Part shown: positions 34,756 through 47,200 of the stretch, in pieces
How positions within the stretch are numbered: position 1 is the stretch's first letter
Layout of the letters: each line of letters opens with the position of its first letter
Assembly (NCBI RefSeq): GCF_001194135.2
Contig: NC_068988.1
Span: 73,884,696-73,948,695, forward strand
DNA from: Octopus bimaculoides
Lineage: Eukaryota
DNA length: 64,000 bases
Reading direction: 5' to 3'
The notes under the pieces: model-generated
Told to the model about the DNA's origin: nothing
Seen by the model: only the letters and a program-made list of their open reading frames with translations
Database searches by the model: none
Program-made: the position numbers and the translations under genes

Positions 34756-35759
34756 AAGTTTGAAAACATTCAACAATGGACACTTCACATTACAAATAAC
34801 TGATTTACTTTGTTTCACATGTGACTTTTGTTACTCTTCCTTTTATCTCTGCCAACAGGTAATATAAATCTAGTTACCGCCTACCGTTTGTTTCTTAAAG
34901 AAAAATGGAAGTAAATAAATTATTGACATAACTTTGAAACGGTTATAAGAAAGAAGGAAATAACACAACGTATGTTCCATTGTTTGATACTGGTTCTTAA
35001 AAGCTGAAAAGAAGTGGTTGCTATATCGTCTAGAAATAGCAGCTAAATCTTTCCGCTCCTGAAATACAGTTAAGAGAGTTTTATGGCCGATGTTGGACCA
35101 CTACTAGGATCATAGGTGAGATTTACAGTGATCAAGAGAATTTCATATCTTGAAACAGAAAATCCATGAATTAAACAATTACAGAACACAATTTGTGGTT
35201 GGTCACTAGAAAAAAAATATACTGAAAGCTAGAGATCTTGGAAACCACCAGCAACTATGACAGTTACTGATGGGAAGCCCATCAGGGATAGGGAAGACTA
35301 CTTTTATAGTAAGTGTAAACAATACATTGATATAAACTTACGATTTAAAATTTTTTGAAAATTTATCTTATTAATAGTGATAGTGACTATCAATTTACAT
35401 GCGTTCCCAAACAGAGATTTCAACCAAATATATCACTGGTTCAGATTGGTGAGTGATTCCGGACGGAAAAGAATAAACACAAAATAGTCCAGATTTCATG
35501 GATTGCTTCCTGTATGCAAAATTGTGGTGAGGAATACTTTAGAGCTATAGATAAAGTTTGCTACAGGTGCTCAGCAATAAATTTGAGAAGTATGTGTAAT
35601 AAAAAAAAATCACTCTTGCAAATTTTTGATCTGATCAATGTAGGGTGCACAAACCATCATACAATCTGCGAGAGTTTTTTTTTCACCAATATAAGTAATA
35701 ACTCTCTCAACTTTTGCTATCCTCTTCTTATTCTATACTTACAGCTAATCCTCCTCCAC

Positions 35760-36650
35760 TACTAATTAAGTCACCTAGGTGACTGAAACTATCTGTTACC
35801 TCCAGAGTATTCAAGAAAATCTATTTCCCGTGTGTCCTTGGTATTTATTGCTCATCTTCTACATACAAGCACTACTTTCTCTGTTAACCTTCCTGTGATT
35901 CCACTTCACCTCTTGTGTGTTGATAGTTTGCACTGGATACACTATCTGGAATTCCTGCCTACATCTTTTCTACATATCAAGTTGGGCCATTTGTTTGTAG
36001 AATCCTGATATATATATATATATATATATATGTGTCCTGCCAAGCCTACATTTGATGCCATCTTTTGTATCCTTGATCCAACCCTTGTATTATCTACCTG
36101 TTGACTACCTTCTCTCCTTCATCAACTGATCTGTCTATCTCTCAGCTCTTATAATCTTACTGTCTGTGTTGCTCACTAAAAATGACAAATGGTGGCCTTC
36201 CCCCATATCCCCATGCCCCATCACTGTATCTCCTTCATCTCCCCAACACTTATAGCCTCTAATATCTTATCTTGTCAACTGGAATGCTCACAAAAGACAA
36301 ATGGTACTCCTACCACCATCCTCATATCTCTGTTGTACTCCCCTTTCCATTCATTTCACCTATGCTTTAGGGACTGTATCAAACTAGCTGTACTCAATAC
36401 ACTCTTCTTCACCTTGTCTGTACTGCTTGCTATCACACACTCCTCTCTCATTTGGACGACTTCAGTATTCAACCATTACCTACTCTTGCTTTATCCACCT
36501 CTGTTATTGACCATCACTCCCCTCCTGGCTTCACCCCAGTAACTCTGTCTCTTCCATCCTCTTTTTACCCTTTGTACCTAATTATTGTGGTCTTCCACTG
36601 TCTCTCCACCCACTCCTCGATCACATTACCTGAGTGAAAGGACACATTTT
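35760..36650 (-). mobile_element. Decayed RTE LINE fragments
   Basis: Sequence style and motifs resemble the RTE copy at 44200-45420. Heavily mutated. Confidence 0.45.
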
Positions 36651-36789
36651 AGGTTACTGAGTACTCGCTGCACATACAATATACAAAGCGCCCCACCCTC
36701 CTATGCTGGTGTCACAATGGAACAAACAATAGAGGGTGGGGCTGTCTCAATGAAAGATTCCTCTTCTAATCTTTAGTTCTATTAATCTG

Positions 36790-38600
36790 TCCCTTCTTGA
36801 TATTGATTCTATTCTTCAATGTTGCATTACATTTTCTAACAGGTGCCAAACCATTTTTTAAAAATCCAAAACAATTCTAGGCACTGCTTCATCCATGACT
36901 GTGGGACTAGGTCATATGCATTCCTATGATCAAATCATGTGATACTGCAATTTGTCTATTTCTTTCTGCAATTGTTCAAGACCATTTTGTACATAATAAA
37001 TCCTTCATTCCCCTACTCTACTTTGAACTGACTTTCTGTTCATCAGACGTTTGGTGTTTCTTACATAGATGCTATTATCCCTCTTAGGAGTTTCTATATA
37101 ATTGGTAGAATCATAATTGGCTGGTAATTTGAAACAACATTTCATTTCAGTTTGTCTTTCAATATCAGGTTAATCACAAAGATATTATCCTTTTGACATA
37201 TATTCTTTTAATAGTATTGCTTTGGTTTCATGGATATTTGTAAACCCTTTCAGCTGGTAATCATGGATGAGATCTGACTCAGTAGCTTTCCTTTTCTCTA
37301 CCTTTCTTAATTACTTTCAAATATTTGTTTTTATCTTCACAACATCTTTATCAGTACCTCAACATTTTCAGCATACTTTTCCATTTGCTTTATCTACTTT
37401 ATAATTGTATTTGGTATTTTCTCCAAATTTCTTCCCCGCATAACTTGCTTTCTTCAGCATTTCATCTTAAGATATCGTTTATCTCTTTTCCTTATAGTAT
37501 ATCAAACCAATGCTTCAAGTTTGATTGAAAAAAATATTTTGCATATAAGTGCTTTCTTTCATATTTTCTGATCTTGGCAGCTTTTGACTTTATCTGGTGC
37601 TTAATTCTTAAATCACAGTACCAATTCCATTTTCCTTATGTAATACATTTCCTCTTATCTGTTTTTTCTTATTTACCTTGGTTCTACTGATCCAGTTTAC
37701 TTATGTCTTTCCTGAGGCCACTAATCTTCATTAGTACCTACCTTTTCCATCAGGGTACCTGCTGTTCTTTTACCTTTCCTTTTCCCCCGAACAATTGTGC
37801 AACTTTGTTAGCACCTGCTAATATCTGTGTTGGTATCTTTAATATTTTCACAGATAATCTTATCAATCATACTGTTTACTTTTGTTGTTTTTCCCTTAAC
37901 CATCATTTGATACACTGACCTTAAATTAACTGACTCAAGAAACCCTGGCTTCTTCAGTGTTTGCAAAGACCTCTAGTTAATCTTCAGGGTTATCCACAGC
38001 ATGCCTCTTGTCCTTGAAATAAAAGTAATAGGTATGCTACTTGTTGCAGTTGTTTCAAATACTAGTATCATATTCTCTTGACTGGCTACTATGGTTACAT
38101 TCTTCTGATTCTCTGAGCAGTTAGTGTTATCCATCTGGTTTTGATACGTTGGTTCTTGTAATTCTTGGCTGATCTTGCTTTGTGTTTCTTCAGTTTCTAA
38201 GTCAGAGATGTATTTTCCATACCTGGTACACAATACTTGGTTTGTTAGCTGTTGTTCACTTAGTTAAAATACTCCCATATCCATCCAAATGTCTGGCATC
38301 CATTTCCAGAACCTTCACTTCCTTGATTCACTTCTTAGATAACATTTTATTTTTATCTTGTTGATTTCTTAAGACACCATTACTATAAAGGTTGCCAAAC
38401 ATATCTAAAGAGGGTTTCCTACTCTTGAGATAAATTTGACTTCTTGTAATCAGTGGTTTCATTAAGACTCACTGAGCAGACTTTGTGAGATTACCAGTTT
38501 AGTCACCAATAGTTCAACTTCCTTTTTCCTTTTCTCTCTTCCCTTGGATTCACACATTTTCAGATAATTTGTTGTTGCTTGGGTGGAGGTGGTGTACTGT
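36790..38600 (-). mobile_element. Decayed R4/Dong-like non-LTR retrotransposon (N-terminal/RT part)
   Basis: Minus strand SNYQPIMILPII*KLL...EQK...SRGMKDLL resembles the NYRPITCLP/EQKGC..SRG.KDQL motifs. Confidence 0.6.
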
Positions 38601-39139
38601 GCCAAAATAGATGCTCTTGTGTATGATTGCTTTCATTGCACTGATGTTTATAGTGACTGTCCTGACAGGAAGGGAGAGGAATCATCTAGTTTTTTTTTTG
38701 TCTGCCTTCTGCATCTGAAAGGAAAAAGAGAGTCATACATTCACTTGGTAGTAAGCAAGATGTTCTCACAAATGGTCAGGTATTTCTAAAACTTAATCTG
38801 TTATTGCTTCCCACAAACAATCATCATTAATAGTTATTTTAGAAAAATTATTTAATGTTTGAGACAATTATTTAAATGTTAGAAACAATTATGTAATCTT
38901 AATGTTAGGATTATTTATTAGTATTATTAATACTAAACACAGTGAAAGTTAGACGTACTTGGTTGGACTAATTATGAAATGAAAAGTAAGTTTCTCAGAT
39001 TCAACTGATGTTAGCAATATACAAACATATATGCAAATATTGACATGAGCACCTATGCCACAGCTCTGTGTGTTTACACATGACGTAATTTGTATATATA
39101 TATATATATATACATACATACCTCATATTTTCTTTGTCT

Positions 39140-39512
39140 TATACTGTCATATCTTTTCTCACTTTACAGTTGTGCTCATAGTGAACCATTACAACTTGTA
39201 GAAGGACACAGATTCCACCAGAAAGTCTGCTACTAGTCATGAACTCTCTATGTCTAGCTTGTATAGCATACATTAACCATATCCACATTTAATAACCTAG
39301 AAATAGAAGTGTTTTGTCTACAACAATATGTGAGTTACTGGGAGAAGACCCAGTTAGTAACAAATATTCTAGTGGTAAGTAAACAGTATATTTACATTGA
39401 ATATGTTTCATACATGTAGATGGAGGACCATGGTATCCAAGACATTAAACTGAGCCATAATATATTATAGTTACAGACATTTCTCAGTTTTTAGAATTCC
39501 TCAAGAATTAAT
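39140..39512 (+). promoter_or_regulatory. Putative splice acceptor and 5'UTR part of the terminal exon of ZNF paralog 2
   Basis: Polypyrimidine tract plus cag at 39167-39169. Alignable to 15520-15854. Confidence 0.6.
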
Positions 39513-40895
39513 ATGGAAAACATTGAGTTGGACACTTCTAACGTAACTGTCTTTAACAATGTAGACTCAATAACACAAACATTCAGTGGTGAGAAACCTT
39601 TAGCAAGTGAAGCATTTAATAAAAAAACATTAGTAAACAGAAATATTCCTGAATATTGCTGTGAGATTTGTAAGAAAACGATCTTTTCAGAACATGAAGT
39701 GTTCACTCACAAAGAAATACATGATAGAGAAAACCCTTACCATTGTGATATACGTGGCAAATCTTTTATATCTAACAGTGTTTTAATAAAACACCAAAAA
39801 ACACACACTGGAGAAAAACCCTATCATTGTGAAATCTGTGGGAAATCTTTCATTAATAATTCTGATCTTGTTATCCACATACGTAGTCACACTGGAGAAA
39901 AGCCGTATAGTTGCGATATATGTGGGAAATCATTTGTCTCTGATAGTAATTTAACCAGACACAAAAAAATACACACTGGAGAGAGTTCATTTCTCTGTGA
40001 ATTATGTGGGAAATCCTTCATTGAAAACTCGAATCTTGTTCTTCACAAACGTGGTCACACTGGAGAAAAATTGTATCACTGTGAAATATGTGGGAAATAT
40101 TTTATCAATATTAATGATTTAAACAGACACAAGAAAATACACATAGGAGAAAAACTGTTTGACTGTGACATATGTGGGAAATCTTTTACTGATAATTTGA
40201 GTCTTGTTATCCACATGCGTAGTCACACTGGAGAAAAACTGTTTCACTGTGAAATATGTGGGAAGTCTTTCTCTGTTAATTCTAGTCTTGTAGTTCACAA
40301 ACGGAGACACACTGGAGAAAAACCATATCGCTGTGAGATATGTGAAAAATCTTTTGTTTCAAACAGTGATTTAAACAGACACAAAAGAATTCACACAGGA
40401 GAAAAACCATATCATTGTGAAATATGTGGGAAAGCTTTCATTGAAAATTCTAAACTTTTGATCCATATACGTAGTCACACCGGGGAAAAACCATATGGCT
40501 GTGATATATGTGGGAAAGCTTTTGTAGATAATGGGGATTTAACAAGACACAGTAAAATCCACACAGGAGAAAAATCATGTTACTGTGAAATATGTGGGAA
40601 GTCTTTCACTCAGCATTCAAGTCTTGTTATCCACATACGTAGTCATACTGGAGAGAAACCTTATCAGTGTGAATTATGTGAGAAATCTTTTGTGTCTCAC
40701 GGTGATTTAACAAAACACAAAAGAATACACACAGGAGAAAAGCCCTATCAATGTAAAATATGTGAGAAATCTTTTGCCAATAATAGAGATTTAACAAGAC
40801 ACAAAAGGATACACACTGGAGAAAGACTGTCAGAATCCTCAAATGTTATCACAATGGTAGAAACCTCTACAATTGTGGAAAACTTTATTTCATGA
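39513..40895 (+). CDS. Tandem C2H2 zinc-finger protein (14 finger motifs, one with C->R, 460 aa), paralog 2
   Basis: Intact ORF with TGEKP-linked fingers. N-terminal ~45 aa is 38/46 identical to paralog 1. Finger 2 reads CDIRGK, so the second Cys is lost. Confidence 0.93.
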   Translation: MENIELDTSNVTVFNNVDSITQTFSGEKPLASEAFNKKTLVNRNIPEYCCEICKKTIFSEHEVFTHKEIHDRENPYHCDIRGKSFISNSVLIKHQKTHTGEKPYHCEICGKSFINNSDLVIHIRSHTGEKPYSCDICGKSFVSDSNLTRHKKIHTGESSFLCELCGKSFIENSNLVLHKRGHTGEKLYHCEICGKYFININDLNRHKKIHIGEKLFDCDICGKSFTDNLSLVIHMRSHTGEKLFHCEICGKSFSVNSSLVVHKRRHTGEKPYRCEICEKSFVSNSDLNRHKRIHTGEKPYHCEICGKAFIENSKLLIHIRSHTGEKPYGCDICGKAFVDNGDLTRHSKIHTGEKSCYCEICGKSFTQHSSLVIHIRSHTGEKPYQCELCEKSFVSHGDLTKHKRIHTGEKPYQCKICEKSFANNRDLTRHKRIHTGERLSESSNVITMVETSTIVENFIS

Positions 40896-42069
40896 ATTAT
40901 TTTAACAAGGCACAACAGAATACATATTGGAGAGAAGTCTCATATCTGTAAAGTGTGAGAAACTCTTTTGTAAAAGTAAACTTCCACTCCAACAACATAC
41001 ACACATGTGAGAACTTTTATCAAATTGAAATATGTTGGAAATCATTTGGATCTTGGAATTATGATCTTGTAGTCTACTAATGTGTCTTGTTTGAGAATTA
41101 TTTTCACACAAAAATATTTTGGAAATCCTTATTTGTAAATTATAAACTTGAAATAGTTGCTAAATGAGTATAGACTGGACATAGAACTATATCACTGTAA
41201 ACTTTGTATGGAATCATTCAGTATGAAGTAAGTCTACATTTTTAATCCAGAGTTGAATGCAGACTGAAGACAACGATTATCATTGCGAAATATATTAAGT
41301 CCCTCATTGAGTTCTAGTCTTGTAATCCATAAATACATTCTGAAGAAAGATCTATTCACTGTTGTTTGTCATTAAAATTTCTTATGGAAATAGAATTCAT
41401 TAAACATGACTGGAAAAACAAAGGAGTAAGACCTAGATGTGAAATTTGGAGAAAATGATTTTCATTCAAAAGTCATGATGCTAAATAAATACATATATAA
41501 AAGAAAATATTATTGAGAAGTTGCATTTATGAATTTGTGTTGCAAGATTTGTGTTTTGAAACAGATATTGTTATATTTTGGGATTGTAATTTTTTTTTGT
41601 TTTTTGCCAAAAAAACACATACACTATACATTTGTTCTTCACTTGTTTATTACTGTTCTTATTTTTTTCTTATGTCCACTGTCCAAGACAAAATGGATTA
41701 AGTGGAGCAGGAGGACACACATGGNNNNNNNNNNNNNNNNNNNNNNNNNNNNNNNNNNNNNNNNNNNNNNNNNNNNNNNNNNNNNNNNNNNNNNNNNNNN
41801 NNNNNNNNNNCTATCCCAAAATTTAATAATATTATTGAGAAGATTTTTTAGGCACAATCATTCTGAATAAAAATAAAGAAATTTATATATTTAAATTTAT
41901 GCACAAATAAAAATTTTATAAATTTTTAATTAAAATATAATAATTATCATTACCATAACTATATTTGTTAGATAGTATTTTCTGCAAAGTTAAGATTTTC
42001 TTATTCCCAAATCACTGGAAAAACTATTACAAAATATTGTTTAGTAAAATTGCTGACATACATAACTTA

Positions 42070-43380
42070 CTCAGACCTAACGATAATAGTTCCCACATCT
42101 TGATGCATCTCAGTTATATTCCACGAGCTTTGTTTTAGTGACATGGTCATTGGTTCCATAGAACTCTTCAGGTAAATGGATGTTTTGATATTTTCAGTAT
42201 CATGACATCTATTTTTGGATGCTGGTTGCCTAGCAACACAAATTTGTTTATTTGTTGCAGCTATTAAGATAGCACCAATGCCAATTATTATAAATATTGC
42301 CAAGGCTGCAATATCACAGGTAAATATTAGGTTTGAAAGAGGTAATAATCTTTAAACTATATAAAGAACCAATCCCTGGTTATCCCAAGTTATAACAATA
42401 AGTGAATTACAATGGTAGATGAAAGAAGAAAGGTTCATCTTTGTTGTAGTTTTATAAGGAGCTACAAGCAGCTGCTGTATCCATAATATCATACACAGTA
42501 TCTCAAGTACTTGTAAATATTTTTGATGACAGTAACCAATTTAGTTAATAGTCTGTATGAAATGAGACTTGTTCTGAGTGTAAATTTCTGGATTCCACTA
42601 AAGTCATTGAAACTGATTGTATGCAACACCTAGCACTGCTGATACTTCATTATGATGTACCATGAGGTTAAATGATGCTCTGCGCATGACCCTGATGTCA
42701 CATCATACATGTAGCTCAGGAATATTTGACAGCTGAATCACACCTCTCTAATTCATTCATACAGACTTGTTATGTTTGTGTACATAACTACCTTATTTTC
42801 CCATTCTTGTAGAATTATTTCAGAGATCCTATTTCAAGTATTTAACAACTACTGTATGACTGCTTTTCTTGTAGCATTTAGGATTTCATTGCTGAATCTG
42901 TTCACTCTTGGTGATTTGTTGTTCTTGGCAGTGTTGATGGCTTTCATAAACTCCTCTTCTGTGAAAATCTGTGCTGAGAGTGAGAGGACAGTGTCTGATG
43001 ATCACCGATTGACTTGGTATTAAATCCATATCATTGTTTAATTGCAAATAAATAATTGAGTATGTAGTAATATGTTTCGATTGTTTGAGATGTGCTGATG
43101 GTAAAAAAAAAAAACCCATTTGATGATGTTATGTGAGATTCCAAGAAGAAATGAGTATTGTAGAGCTGTAATTTTTATGTTAGTTTCGATAATATCGAAG
43201 ATGTATGTGCTTTGTTGTTTGTAATAATTATGTTTAGAATGAAATGTAGTACAAGTTGATGTTGGTACTTGTGAGAGGGTGGCATTTTGTGTTAATTTAT
43301 ATTATCATTTAAAAGGAGAATTGGTGAAATTCACGAATCCTTTGATACTTTTGGGATTATGTACATCATCTTTTATTTCC
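42070..43380 (-). mobile_element. Decayed LINE RT (RTE/RTEX-like)
   Basis: FTEEEFMKAINTAKNNKSPRVN and NYRGVIQLSNI motifs on the minus strand. Confidence 0.6.
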
Positions 43381-43690
43381 CTTATATGAATCTATGATAT
43401 AACAAACTAGCCAAAATAACCAGCATTACCCAGACTAAACAGTCAGTAAATTGACTAACAAAGTATAACTGAAGATATTGGTTTACTTCTATAGAAAGAG
43501 GAAGGAAGGAACAAATTGTACAGTGCATTTTTCCTGAGACTTTGAAAGAACAAATGAAAATTCTTTCATGCAGAAGATTAGCTCTAAATGCCACCATGTA
43601 GAATGCACTGTTTTTTATTGGATTGCTTGAAGTCAGAAGTTTCACTGTTAAAATGGATGTGAAATGGTTGATGATGATAACACACACACA

Positions 43691-43905
43691 CAAGGGGTGC
43701 TGAACAGTTCCTGGCTTTGGGTAAAAGAAAATACAGAGGATCAGTTAATTATGATTTTAATCAACATAATCCCCTCTCAGGTTCACACACTTATTGCAGC
43801 ACTTCCTCAGTTTTTCTAAGCCCTGTAAAAGAACCCAGAAGGTTGAGCTTCCAACCAGGACTTTCATGATACCCTTAGAACCAGAAACTTTTCAGCACAC
43901 CCTCA
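43691..43905. mobile_element. Mariner-derived MITE (~215 bp)
   Basis: TIRs caaggggtgctgaacagttcctgg ... ccagaaacttttcagcacaccctca|ta. Confidence 0.8.
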
Positions 43906-44029
43906 TATATGTATATACATGTGCATGCATGCACACAAACACATATATACATGCATGCATACACAAACACACACCACTATGGTGTTTGACAAGATTATTG
44001 TCTAAATATCTGTTGATATTCATATATAT

Positions 44030-45420
44030 ATCATCATCATTTAACATATGTTTTCCATGCTGGCATGGCTTGGGAAGCTTGATAGGAGCTTGCAAGACCA
44101 GGGGCTGCACCAGGTTCCATAGCCTGTTTTTGTTTGGTTTCTACAGTGGGATGCCCTTCCTAATGCCAACCACTTTACAGAGCATACTGGGTACATTTTA
44201 CCTAGCACCAGCACTAGTGCTTTTTACATGGCAACTTGGTTTTAGGATATCAGTTCTGTTGTGGTAGGTGGTTCTCCTTGAGTACAACAATGTGCCACAT
44301 ATCTTGGTCCTCTGTCATCTCCTTCTTAAGGCTCAGCATTTGAGATTGGCCTTCAATTCTTCAGCCCATGTTTTCTTGCCCTACTTTAAGTGATCAGCAC
44401 TTTATGCAACTTCCCTCACTCATTCACATGACATAACCAAACCAGTGCAGTTTCCTCTCTTGTACATTGCATATAATTCCTCATATACCTAACTTTTCTC
44501 TCAATATACTAATCCGCTGACGCACATGTTCACTGACATTACACATCCAGCAGAGTATACCAGCTTCACTCCTCTCCAGCCTTTGCATGTCCTCTGCAGT
44601 GTAGCATTGCAGTTCATATACATGCATCATACAATCTTCCTTTCACTTGGAGAGAAAGACCTTTGGTTGCCAACAGAGGCAAAAGCGCTCTGAATTCTTT
44701 CCATCCTATTCTTATTCTAGCAATTATTTTCAGTACATCCTCCTCCACTGCTAATTAGGTCACCTAGGTAGAAATTATCTACTACTTCTCGAGAGCCTCT
44801 GGGACATTTGAGGAAATCAGTTTCCCCATGTATTTATAGTCTTTATGACTTCTGTACATTTTCCACATACAAACACAACTTTCTCTGTTAAGCTTCCTAC
44901 TATCTACCAGATATCTTAACTATCTCAGCAATGATCCCTGATGGATCAGGGGCCTTCCCTATCTTCATATCTTAAATTGCCTTATCTATCATGCTACTGT
45001 CAACTAGGATAGTTGCTTTCTCTGTTGGGTACACATGAAGGAAACTCCCTTTCTCCCATTCATTCTCCACATTTAATAGCCTTTCATCGTTGCTCTTCCA
45101 TGTGTTTCTTTTCAGGATCACCAAGGGCATACATACACACTTTTCTCCCGCAACATCCCAATTCTCTCTAACATACTGTTTGGCAATCTGGAATGCTGAT
45201 CACCTCAAGTCTCTGATCTTCATGCTGTAAGACATAGGCAAACCTCTTTCTTTCTGCTTCAACTCTAGTTAGACATGACACTAGATTCTCTTTTAGCTAT
45301 CTGATATGGCTCTTTGCTACCCCAACTCTTCCAGTCTTTCCAAGTCCATCTTTTCTCTTTTATGGTCCTGTCAACCTCACTGTTCCACCACCATATTGCC
45401 CTCAGTAGATTGTCCCATAA
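44030..45420 (-). mobile_element. 5'-truncated RTE LINE with complete 3' tail
   Basis: Minus-strand C-terminus LSLKKEMTEDQDMW, 3'UTR with gtaaaaagcac/gtgctggtg units, and ggaagggcatcc...aaatgatgatgat tail. Confidence 0.75.
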
Positions 45421-45899
45421 AAACTTCCAGTTATGAAAGTTGTGATATCTATATATTTTATCTACTTATGTGTTTGTAAGTTTTTATTTATTTATTTTTA
45501 TGTCTGTCTTTACTTTAACACCACATGAAAAATGGTGTTCTGTGTTTATATCCTGTAATTTAGTCTGTTTGACAGAGATCAATATGAGATGTACCAAACT
45601 TAAAATTAAGTACTGGAGTTGATGTAATTGACTAAATTATTTCAAGGCAATGTCCCAGTATGGCTGTGGACTAATAAATGAAACAAATAAAAAACTATAT
45701 TTTAAAATTTATCTGGTTTCTATCCATGAACATGTCTACCTAGCAGGCCCAGCAACCATGAAGAAGCTACCTCTGGGAATGAAATGCTAGTAAGAATATG
45801 TTTCTTTCTCCCTTTGTTATATATCCATGTCTACATCTATTCAGACACACACACACATATGCTTGAGCACACTCATACATATATTTCACATCTCTCTCT

Positions 45900-47200
45900 T
45901 CTTCCTAACATAAACCTAACACAAACCCTATCACTTAATCTGTCACTTACACATTACCTTAATACTAAGTGTAACATTAACCTGAACGCTAAACATAAAC
46001 TTAATCCTAAACCTAACTCTAGTGCTAATAATCTAACCCTCACCCTGTTGCTAAACGCTAATCCAACCTTTATCCTTGGCCCTAACCTAACCCTAACCAA
46101 ACATGAGACACTAAAGCTCACCATAACCATAACTCTAACCCTAAATCGAAACCCTAATGCTCATTCTAACCCTAAATCTGATCTTAAGCATAAATCTAAC
46201 CCTAAACATAACTAACCATAACATTAAAAGACTGACCCTAACTCTAACTCAAAACCCTAAAACTCAGCCTAATGGTAACCATCATCCTAATCCTAAAACC
46301 TAATCCTCAACCTAAACCTGCCTCTAAAACTAACACTACTCCTAATCATAACCGTAATCCTAATCCACTACTGATCCTAAAATTTACCTAACACTAACTT
46401 GGACCCTAATTCTAACCCTAACCCAAAACACTAACCATAAGGTTTAACACTGAAACCTAATGTTAAGCTGAACCTTTAACACTAACCTTTAATCATAGCC
46501 CTAACCTTAAAACATATTCTTATCTTAAGCCTGAAACTAATCCTAACTTTCATGATAATCCTAACCCTCCCATAACACTCTTCCTAAACCCAAACCTAAA
46601 CCTGAACCCTAACTCTGACAAGAACCCCAAGACTAAAGCCAAATCAAACCCTAACATTAGCCTAACCCAAAACCTAAGCTTAACAATAAACCCTAGTCTT
46701 AACATTAAACCGTGACCCTAAACCTAAATCATAATGTTAATCCTCAACCCTGCCCAAATACTATTCCTAACCTGAATCCAAATCTTAAAACTAAACATTA
46801 ACTTAAATGTTGATCTCAAGCGTAAACCTAACCCTAACTCCTAAACTTAACACTAATCTAATCCCTACCTCTAAATCTAACCTGAGATAATTACACCAAC
46901 ATTAACCATAATCTAAAGATTAACTCTTATCCTAACACTCAATCTTACTCTGATCTGTAACCCTGATCCTAACCTTAAACCTAACACTAAAGCTAACCTG
47001 AACCACACTTTGAAACCTAAGCATAACACTCTAATCTTAATACTAAGCTTAACCCTAACCCTAACTATAACCCCCATGGTAACTGTAAACCTAAACCTAA
47101 AACTGAAGCCTAACCTTAACCATAAATCCAAACCTTAACCTAACACTAAAACCACTAACCCTAAAACTTAACACTAACCTTAAATTTGACCGTAACCCTA
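45900..47200 (+). repeat. Degenerate telomere-like (CCCTAA/CTAACC)n tract, ~1.3 kb
   Basis: Continuous ctaacc/cctaaa/ccctaa variants with a G-depleted + strand. Confidence 0.9.

Noticed and set aside
45784-46215. 143-aa Asn/Leu/Thr-rich ORF
   Set aside because: It arises from the telomere-like hexamer tract.
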